Positions 52,121-61,606 of a stretch of DNA of 61,606 bases are shown piece by piece; positions within the stretch are counted from its first letter, which is position 1; every line of letters begins with the position of its first letter. Source of the DNA: Octopus bimaculoides (Eukaryota); the NCBI RefSeq assembly GCF_001194135.2, contig NC_068983.1, positions 129,424,400-129,486,005 of the forward strand. The letters run 5' to 3'. Below the pieces are notes generated by a model. It was not told the origin of the DNA. It made no database searches and was given only the letters and a program-made list of their open reading frames with translations. A program made the position numbers and the translations under genes.

Positions 52121-52387
52121 TATGTTTCAAGAATATGTTCTTGAAATAAGTAGACCATTACAATTATTAAAGAGCATACATCAATTATTACGTATGTCGA
52201 ACTTCAACTAAAGTATAATTAACATACTACGATAAAACTGTGTTTCAAAACACAACACTTAGAGCGGCTATTGTTTTCGGAGAAACCTAATATATACGAA
52301 GGCACATGCACACGCATGTACACAAATATTGATAGCTATAGATTTATACACATATGTACATCTATCTATCTAACTATCTCTCTCCCT

Positions 52388-52448
<61 letters not shown>

Positions 52449-52608
52449 ATGTTTATACTCTTGTGTCTGTGGAAGGTCATTCTCTTTGAGTGCAAACTTA
52501 TTGAACACACTCACGGGTTCGATTTTACTTGTTTCGTCATTTATATTTTGCAAATATAAAAACGAAATATATATACATTCATACACATTTATATATATAT
52601 ATATTTAT

Positions 52609-52735
52609 AGCAAGTGATCACGTGATCACTTGATTATCTGATGTTGCTAGGTATCGCTGGTGGCTATGAGCTTTGCATCATTTCAGCATTCGAATGACCC
52701 CGCCCCTGTGACAATACAAACAGGCCAACATTCCT
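52609..52735 (-). mobile_element. SINE 3' fragment
   Basis: AGCAAGTGATCACGTGA...ATCTGATGTTGCTAGGTATCGCTGG...CAGGCCAAC resembles a recalled alternative tail of the 34.6-kb SINE family. Confidence 0.4.
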
Positions 52736-53500
52736 AACTGCCAAAGACATCTACTCCCCTGAATGTATGATAGATTCCGTAATTTATATGCACAGCACAT
52801 AAGTATGACATGGTATAATCCACTGAAAATCCTTATGTTCTTGAACATATGAATGCACAAACTCCTTTACTGAGGTTGGAGTACGAAATCTATCGGATAA
52901 TAAACAAGTTATTCCTATATGTTACCTCCCGTGACCCGTGTATTTATTTGGAAATCGCCTTCAGTCTCTTGCAGCATCGAATATTCCCAATTAGAGACGA
53001 GTACCAGCTATTCCGTGTGGCGCACTTGAATGATTGCAAAGATGGTTTTATATGAAACGATTGCCACCCTTGTTAACCTACCAACAAAATTATTAAATGT
53101 GCACATGTGTGTGCAGCACACAACAGTTTAGATATTTAGATATGTTTCTGTTGTAAAATGGAGTGACACGAGTTTCAGAATTGCTTTGTCTATTTACTGA
53201 AAAATATTTTTATTACGTATAGTATAGAGAATTGAAAGGGTAAGGATACGTAATCAAATGTTATTCTCATTTCATTACTTATTTAGACTAATATATTCGA
53301 TTGTTTTACTTCCTTTTCCCAAATGAAGGTGAATAAAAAATCCTAGCGTATACGTATTATAAAACACACTTAGAATTTAATGAATCGATATTATTCCTAA
53401 TTTCTGATTATATACATCAGTGAATTATACGATAACTTATCGAAATATTATGAATATGTGTGTGAGTGCCTATTTATGTATGTACATATTCGCAGTAAGA

Positions 53501-53546
<46 letters not shown>

Positions 53547-55857
53547 NNNNNNNNNNNNNNNNNNNNNNNNNNNNNNNNNNNNNNNNNNNNNNNNNNNNNN
53601 NNNNNNNNNNNNNNNNNNNNNNNNNNNNNNNNNNNNNNNNNNNNNNNNNNNNNNNNNNNNNNNNNNNNNNNNNNNNNNNNNNNNNNNNNNNNNNNNNNNN
53701 NNNNNNNNNNNNNNNNNNNNNNNNNNNNNNNNNNNNNNNNNNNNACGCTTCCTTAGAAAGCTAAATACTCTTTAAAAAAAATTGCAACTCATTCTAAGAA
53801 ACATCACTTTGAGTGGCTGAATTGAAATCCGATTCATGAAAGCTGTTACATTGAAACATTACAAATGCTACACAACTTCAAGTATTTTTTCTTTCTTAAA
53901 TATAGAAACGTTTTTAGTTCAAGTGGATTATATAGCAGAATACGGAATATGATTTTGTGACATTATTTTTCTGGTACTCTTTTGTTATTTTGTATTTACT
54001 TTGTTCCATAAAATCATCTGAGAATACTTTAGCATATGCATGCATAGCTCTTAGATTTTTTGTGCATCACTTACTATCTGTATAAATTTAAATGTTCCTC
54101 AGTGATGAGAAACCGAATGAAACACAATACATAGAAATTAATTGTGAGATCGTATTGCGACCCAAAGAATATTAGTTCACTTTAGTAATTTAACAGTTAT
54201 TAAAAAATTTAGCTGCCTTTTTCGGCTACCAAACTGAAATTCCTGGTCGTTACGTATAGTTTCACCGCCCTAAATTTTAGTGTTATCAAAAATATTAAAT
54301 CTTTAATGTTTATGTATTTTCCCTTATTTTAGCGCTTTAGTTCTTGCGTCCACTCAAACACGATGTATTTCATATATAAATCTCAATTCACTTTTGGCAA
54401 GCTACTTTCTAAATTTTCCAGTATCATTTCGTTTGTGATGTATTGAGAGAAAGTTTACATTTTCATGCTCTTCACTGCTTATTGCAAATATTATAACGTC
54501 GTGACTATATTGATCAGGCATTCAGTAACTTTAAGTTCCCATTTCCTGTTACATACTTTGCGCAAAGTAAACACGTTTGAGGTCATCACTCAGTAGTAAA
54601 AAGAGAGTAAATAGCGTATCATCCCTTTAAAATGAGGAATGAAACATCATAACGTGTTTTCTTGGAATTAAATCTATGTTACGTCAATTACTTTTCTATC
54701 AACGTCGTCTTCATAATAGATTAAAGTTGTTCTCTTTGCTCTGATGAATCAATACATTTATAGTCGACACACATTCTTAATTCGGGCCTACACGTATATA
54801 TTTTGGAGTAGCATATAGTATGTTTTATCAATTACAGCACTTGGGTAGTGCATCATTCTATTGCTTTTCGGAAGGATTAAAATCAAATTTCATGTCTTCA
54901 GGATATCCTATCTGTCACCTTTATCATACTTGCTATACATCATATATTCGACTAAAGCACTTAACCGGAAGTCTAACATTGTATCGTTGTTCATTAAGAT
55001 AAAAGTTTAATTACATGATATATGCTGCATATTCAATAATAAAAAAATAAGCGATTAAACTTGAGTTTATCCATATTGAGAATCTTCTCTTTTTGACACT
55101 CAAAATAGACAAAAGCGAAAAGGAAGTTAATGCAATGAATAGATGATGTAGTCAGTCACCCGTACGCAAGTACACAGAGGTATACACTATCAGTATATAA
55201 TTTATACGCTGTATAACTTTAGGAATTATTTAGAAGATATATATTTGTTGGATATTTAAAGGCGTGTTCGTTATACGTGCACAGATGTCTAGAAACTACG
55301 CAATCAGAATATAAAATATGTTATCCGAAGTTCTAAAATTTATGCACATCAACGCATTTGATGTTTTTTACTTTTAATGACGCAGAAATGATGAAAGATG
55401 GATTTGATTTCGGTGCAATTTAAACTTATATTGCATAGATTTCGACGAAAATTCTTATCGGCAAAAATTCTTATCGGCATTTTAAAAAGTTTACTGAATT
55501 TTATACATCATTAAAATAATCTTTGACATTTCATTGATTTCCTTCTTTATACGTAAACTACCCTTAATTCAAACTAATTTTAATACTTTTATAACATTGT
55601 GAAAGGCTTGAATGGATATGAAAAATATATCTAAACGGCAATTCAATGCTATAGAATTAAATAGTATTGTTATACTTATTCACGTTGTGTGTTGCTGTAC
55701 ATGGTGGGCGCAAAACCGATGCTATTGCTGCTGGAAGTAGTGATGATATTGAAACTGGCCAAAAGACAGAGTTCGATGAAAACTTATCCCGAAAGCAATC
55801 GCACACACACTCGCACACGCGCACACACACACACACATACTCGCACACACACGCACG

Positions 55858-55932
<75 letters not shown>

Positions 55933-55944
55933 CAGCAGTAATTT

Positions 55945-56100
55945 TCTTCAGCTGAATACACGCCATTGATTGGTTAAAATTACCCAAATACGACAACTTT
56001 AACACTTAATAACTTCTAAAATACAAAATTTTGTCAAAAACGTTAAGAGTAAACGCTGTTCTATGTGACACATTCTACCAGTATCCGAAATAAAGTGTTT
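55945..56100. mobile_element. Older relative of the 56101 MITE (host of the insertion)
   Basis: GATTGGTTAAAATTACCCAAATACGACAACTTTAACA and ATGTGACACATTCTACCAGT are inverted homologues of 56155-56297. Confidence 0.7.
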
Positions 56101-56572
56101 GGATCCTTTTTAAAACGGGGGCCACATTTTTCATTAACGAAACACTTTGAAACTTGGAACACTGGTAGAATGTGTCATATAAAACATCTGTTTCTCTTAG
56201 TCTTCTTAAAAAAAATAGAAATCCATAAATTATTCCATGTTAAAGTTGTCGTATTTCTGTAATTTCAACCAATCACTGACGTCCATTCAGCCGATATACA
56301 TTAAGTGCCGACTACATAAACAAACGATTCTGAAACAATTAACCCTAACCCTAACCCTAACCCTAGGGTTAGAGTTAGGGTTAGAGTTAGGCTTAGGCTT
56401 NNNNNNNNNNGAAATAAGACAATTTTTTACATGAAATAAATTCGAATACAAAAATATTTTTCTGTTCTATAACACAAAATAGATAAGTATACGAAGTTTG
56501 AAAGTCTTTCGGTACCAAAAACACTACGTAAAACATTAATGAAAAATGTGGCCCCCGTTTTAAAAAAGATCC
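56101..56572. mobile_element. MITE with 37-bp GG-ended TIRs and 8-bp TSD carrying telomeric repeats (Merlin-like)
   Basis: TIR GGATCCTTTTTAAAACGGGGGCCACATTTTTCATTAA, 36/37 identical; TSD AAGTGTTT at 56093-56100 and 56573-56580; internal 10-N gap. Confidence 0.9.
56340..56400. repeat. Head-to-head telomeric hexamers
   Basis: (TAACCC)4 then TAGGGTTAGAGTTAGGGTTAGAGTTAGGCTTAGGCTT; inversion centre CCCTAGGG at 56361-56368. Confidence 0.9.
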
Positions 56573-56619
56573 AAGTGTTTTGTTTAAAAAATTTAATCTG
56601 GTCGTCAAATTGAATAAAT

Positions 56620-56890
56620 CTTTTCAACCTTTCGGATTTGATAAATTAACTACTTGTGGAACACTGAAATCGGTTTAATCGACTCGTCCCCTCACCCAAA
56701 TTTCAGGCTTTGTGTTTATAGCAAAAATTATTACTATTATCATGATTCCATAACGCGGCGTGCTGGCAGAGTCATTCTCACGCTGGTCAAACTCTTTAGC
56801 GGTATTCCATCTCCCTGCACGTTCTAATTTTAAATTCCGCCACGGTCAACTTTACCTTGTATCCTTTCGAGGTTGAGATCTGATATCGGT
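56620..56890 (+). mobile_element. Two adjacent SINE fragments (tail then head)
   Basis: CCTTTCGGATTTGATAAATTAACTAC...AATCGACT at ~56628-56685 and GCGGCGTGCTGGCAGA...AAATTCCGCCACGGTCAACTTTACCTT at ~56755-56860. Confidence 0.55.
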
Positions 56891-57349
56891 GCAATCGACT
56901 GAACCCCTCCTCTAAAACCCAGGCATTTTGACTATAGTAGAAAATATTATTATTATAACTCCTCCAAAATGTAAATAAGCATGTGCGTAGGATTATACAC
57001 CTAGAAATTTCATACACACGCTAATGTGTGTATAGTTACAATCTATTTATGAGCTCCGCTTCGTTTGATGTCCGATGTATGTTGCAAATATGTTGATACT
57101 TCGGCAATAATGTTTAGTCTTATACACACAGGTTTACTGATAACTTTTTGAATATATAATTGTTTGCCGCAATATACATAATGAGTATTGAGGTGCGGTG
57201 GTCCTGAAATTTATAAGATACTGCCGTGTCGCACACAGTGTGACAATGATTCTGTCCTTTCTATTTGTAGTCACTAACACTTTTATACTTGCTCTAAAAC
57301 ATACACTGTGAAAAATACAGTGGATAGTATTTGTTTCAAATGTTGGTGC

Positions 57350-57535
57350 AAGACCAGCAACAGGGTTAAGTCGAATAAATCGACACCCAGTACCGAACTG
57401 GTTCTTATTTTATCAAACACGAAATGATCTAAACAAATTAGGATTCAGTGTAATCTGAACTCAGAGCGTTAAGACTGGCAAAATGACACTCAGGATTTTG
57501 CTTCGCGTGCTAAATATTCTCCCCTTTCACCTCCT
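57350..57535 (-). mobile_element. Decayed SINE
   Basis: Minus strand ...CTCTGAGTTCAG...GATAAAATAAGAACCAGTT...GTCGATTTATTCGACTTAACCC, same family as 56620-56890. Confidence 0.5.
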
Positions 57536-59156
57536 TAATACAGAGAAAACATATTAATGAATATTTAAATGAAAGAAATTATATTTATACTCTAAGACCT
57601 TTTATCCGTGATAAGGATTCATAGTGTGGTGTGTATTCATTTAAACGAAGTTCATTTGTCTTGCATTTACTAAAGTATATATTACTAAACAGACCTCTAA
57701 ATCAGCAACTCAACTGTTAAGATCATGCATTTCACTTTGTCCTTTCACTCTCTTCTATTTTCTCTTTTATATTCCTGTCTCCACACAGGTTTACCCACAT
57801 CTCCCTTATACAATCACACCTATTCACATGAAGACAATATGTATATATATATATATTATTGAAAACCGAATAGGAGAAGGGAGGTTTATTCACATCCAAA
57901 TTTTTTATTAAAAAATTTTCTACAGCAAATATAACAATTGCAGTAACTACACAATTATGCGTCCTAGTCGCTGCAATTTCATCAATATATATGAGATGAA
58001 AATGTTTGACATTAAACATGAGGAAATATTAAGGACTCAGATGGCGCCATAAACTTCACCTGTGCTGAAAATTTGCAAAAATGGTAAAAAGTAACAAGAA
58101 TTCTGTGCAAGATGAATTTCGGTTCATAGAAAACTTTCCTAAAGAAAAATACTTTAAGTCATATTAAAGACGCCTCTTTTAAGCCTGTATTACAGCATGA
58201 CTGACTCCTTGTGCAGAAAAAATATACAGGCATGCATGTACACAGGAACGTACATGATGCGTACAGGCATAAGCTCGCACTCACAAACACTTTCTCCCAC
58301 GCTCATATGTATATATCTATTAGAAACATGAATACAGCGTTCTGCTAAACTTCACATATAATTTGATATGTCTGTCTTTATTTTGTTTTAGTTTACAGTC
58401 ACACGGTAAGTTGTCGTAGACTAACAAATCAGGAAAGGGCTACAAGAACAGCACAAACAGAGCTATTATTTACAACCTCCTTTTACCAAATGAGATATAT
58501 ATATATATATATTGTTGCTTAGAGAAATAAGTGGAAAGGTATAGAATTCTACACAGAACTATAGGAATTGCAATCACAATTTATCTGTCTTTTTTCTTTT
58601 CCCTTCAACTTACGTTCAAGTCATCTCACGCATGTAGCAAGATATACACATTTCATTCACAAATCAGGACAGACAAAATAGCTTGGTGCAACACATCATC
58701 ACATAATATGTAACACTTGATGAAAAACGAATGTCGCGTTGTCGTTTGATCTTTTCTTAGGATCACTAGCACTCACATTCAATCATCTCACACATATAGC
58801 AAGGCATTCACTCTCACAGTACCGGCCTGACAAAATGGGATAAATCAACATATGACTAAATAACGTTGCATTGATTTTCATTTCGCTAGTGTTCGTGTGT
58901 GGAGACGCTAATTATGGGGTAACACGTGAATTTATGGATGTATGTTTAGCTAGGATGGTTTATTTTCACCCGTTGTTGCTGGCGGTGATATGTCTTGTGC
59001 GAATGGATTATATGTGGTTTCGTTTCAGAAAAAAAGAGTAGGATGTTTGTGTTTTGCGTGTGTATTGTGTGAATGCGGGGTTTTGGTTGTCTTCGGTTTT
59101 GATGGGTTCTTTATTTAGGGCAGCTAAGTAGGATATTTGTGGGTTGTGTGTGTATG

Positions 59157-59772
59157 TTCTTTCATTCGTTCGTTTTTTCGTTCGTTCGTACGTACTTTCG
59201 TTCGTTCGCTCGTTCGTTCGTTCGTACGTACGTACGTTTGTTCGTTCGTTCGGTCGTTCGTTAGTTCGTTCGTTCGTTCTTTCGTTCGTTCTTTCGTTCG
59301 TTCTATCGTTCGTTCGTTCGTTCGTTCGATTGTTTCGTTCGTTCGTTCGATTGTTTCGTTCGTTCGTTTGTTTCGTTCGTTCGTTTGTTCGTTAGTTTCG
59401 TTCGTTCGTTCCATAGTACGTACGTACGTTCGTTCCTTCGTCCGGACGTACGTACGTACAAGCGTTCATTCGTTCGTTCGTTTGTACGTTCGCTCGTTCG
59501 TTCTTTCGTTCGTTCGTTCGTTCGTTCGTTCTATCGTTCGTTCTTTCGATCGTTCATTCGTTCGTTCGTTCGTTCGTTTGCTTGTCCGTTTGTTTGTTTC
59601 GTTCTTTCGTTTGTTCCTTCGTTCGTTCTTTCATTCGTTCGTTGTTTCGTTCATTCGTGCGTATGTACGTACGTTCGTTCGTTCATTCGTACGTACGTTC
59701 GTTCGTTCGGTCGTTCGTTCGTCCGTTCTTTCTTTCGTTCGTTCTTTCGTTCTTTCGTTCGTTTGTTTGTTT
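59157..59772. repeat. Compound (TTCG)n array with TACG/TTTG/TTCT/TTCA variants
   Basis: Direct reading, about 615 bp. Confidence 0.95.
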
Positions 59773-59779
59773 CTGGATG

Positions 59780-60860
59780 CAGGTTTTTAGTTGTCTGTGT
59801 TGGTTTATTATGGGTGCAAATGGGGTACCTATCATTTTCTGTCCATCTGTTATCACTCTCCTGGAACAAAGTTGTTGGTTGTTCCTTTGGGGTGACCCGC
59901 TAATGGTTCTCCACTTTACTCTGTGGCTCTTTGATGTAGGTTGCTTTTCATGGTTTCAGTTAGCTTCTTTTTTTTATTTCGGATTGTCAGTCTATGGTTG
60001 GTTGGTGGGTTGTTCAATTTTAATGCTGATTAACTCCTTCTGTCTTACTTCTACACATCAGTTTGTGGTGAATTGATGGGTTGTTTCGTCGCGATGCTGG
60101 TTGGCTCCCTCTTGCTCTTCTTCAGGCCGTCAGACTGTGGTGGGTCGCTAGGTGGAGATTGTGCTTCTGGTTATAGGACCTGTGGTCACGTCGTTTTTAT
60201 GTTGCCTTTTGACTCACACTTAAAGCACCTTGGACTACTACCCTCCACCACGAATCTTAGTGTGGTCTCTTCCAGAAGTATTATTAGCTCTGGTATTTCT
60301 TCCAAATCCCCTCTGGGTGGCCTGTTTTATTAGCTCCAGACATTGGCGCTACCAGTTCTGCTGGTGTAGCATGGTAGCCTGAAGTATAATGGTTCTATCC
60401 TCTCTGTTCAGCAGTACCGCTACCACAAGCCACACCACATCAATTTCTGGTGGGACCATCTTGAACCTTATTTTCGTTGTCCGCCTTCCAAGGTAAGTCG
60501 GCAGTGGCAGCAGATCTGCCGACATTAAGGGAAATGTAGATTGGTCCTTTGCTTCTTTTTCGGAAGCGAATCTTACCTCTAATGTGCCGAAGCACCATCC
60601 TCTATTGTCGCATTTCATGTCGCACCAAATTGGTAGTAGGCACTTTTCGATGCCATCTCTATCCTGTTTATTGTCAGTGACATCATTCTCTAAAATATCA
60701 TTTTGCGACTTGGGTTGTATCTCATCTCCACTGGGGTAGTCAGCTTCATATTAGCTCCTACCTTCTGCAATAAGGTTTTATATTTTTCGAGCGCACCCAG
60801 GACGACTTGAACTATAACGCCAGTGACACTGGCCACGGACGCGTAGTTAATGTTTCAATT
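59780..60860 (-). mobile_element. LINE ORF1 (gag-like) remnant
   Basis: Minus strand FGTLEVRFASEKEAK...LLPLPTYLGRRTTKIRFKMVPPEIDVVWLVVAVLLN, then DLEEIPELIILLEETTLRFVVEGSSPRCFKCESKGNIKTT*P, a degenerate CCHC knuckle. Confidence 0.55.
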
Positions 60861-61199
60861 CGGAGGTCGGTTTTATCATTCTATTTTTCTCTTCCTTCGC
60901 TTGGAAAAATGGGAGGGTAACATTTTTTCGCACAATTCCTCCAACACGTAGTGTGGAATTACATATTGGGAGGCTTCAGTTTCCATGATGTACTGACAGT
61001 CTAAAAGAAATTTGCCACAAAGGCAGGTAATGTGTCCAGGAGACACAGAAATCAGCGAAAGTGTTTTAGCTGTTAAAAATCAAGAGTAATCCCATCAAAC
61101 GTGAGCCTCAAAAACACACAGCCGTTCGGCGTGACAATTACATTTATACTACCGAAGAATTCTGTCTACTTCATCATGAGTCGTAATATATATATATAC

Positions 61200-61400
61200 T
61201 CTTTAACTTTATTGTACTTGTTTCAGTCATTTGACATGATTGAGCAAGGCATGTAGTCGAATGAATTGACCTCAGGACTAATACTTTGGGAGCCTAGAAC
61301 TTATTCTATCAATGTCTTCTGCCAAACCGCTAGATTCCGGGGACGTAAGCGCAACTAGCATCGATCTTTACGCGATGGTGGGGGAACAAGCACATACACA
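61200..61400 (-). mobile_element. SINE tail
   Basis: CTTGTTTCAGTCATTTGAC...ACTTATTCTATC...GCCAAACCGCTAG...GGGGACGTAAG is the reverse complement of the SINE tail at 4700-5510. Confidence 0.55.
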
Positions 61401-61420
61401 TTAACACAAACATAAACACC

Positions 61421-61424
<4 letters not shown>

Positions 61425-61519
<95 letters not shown>

Positions 61520-61606
61520 TGTGTGTGAGTAAATTTATATATATATATATATATACAACCATGTGTATATATATACGTATATATATATGCATATATATAT
61601 ATATAT
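61425..61606. repeat. Compound (CT)n(AT)n(GT)n microsatellite
   Basis: Direct reading. Confidence 0.95.

Noticed and set aside
52611-52632. Perfect 22-bp palindrome CAAGTGATCACGTGATCACTTG with an E-box, as a regulatory site
   Set aside because: It lies at the end of a probable SINE fragment and there is no linked gene or other evidence of function.
6609-53744. N-runs flanked by (TA)n as a biological pattern
   Set aside because: Typical short-read assembly failure at long dinucleotide arrays; gap sizes are estimates.
56340-56400. Ancestral chromosome end-to-end fusion site
   Set aside because: The tract is tiny, has the wrong polarity for a fusion, lacks subtelomeric flanks, and is enclosed by MITE TIRs and a TSD.
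59124-59903. RSFV-repeat and ERTN-repeat ORFs as proteins
   Set aside because: The frames are open only because the TTCG-type units contain few stop codons.
1165-61592. Long ORF-track entries rich in YI/HT/CV/SL repeats or X runs
   Set aside because: They are translations of microsatellites and N-gaps, not genes.

Overview
AT-rich eukaryotic scaffold with 14 N-gaps, most flanked by (TA)n or (CA)n arrays. Its SINE, mariner and RTE-LINE repertoire matches what I recall of octopus (coleoid cephalopod) genomes; this is an inference, not a database result. No host gene, rRNA, true tRNA or CRISPR array can be supported, and most ORF-track entries are microsatellite or N-gap artefacts. The window is a layered transposon graveyard: one near-full-length dead Tc1 (DD34E), several decayed mariner/maT copies, a split RTE-type LINE, a LINE ORF1 remnant, tRNA-derived SINEs, and several palindromic MITEs. 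Two MITEs have GG ends and 8-bp TSDs (Merlin-like); one of these carries head-to-head telomeric hexamers. The most interesting signal is a set of Penelope-like or retrozyme-like inserts with hammerhead-ribozyme-type cores and inverted architecture. These are a near-canonical minimal hammerhead at 14538-14586, a 927-bp TSD-flanked insert made of circularly permuted ~409-bp units at 36982-37908, and a (TA)n-embedded family at 19483-19756 and 48568-49334. All protein and family assignments come from manual translation and recalled motifs.
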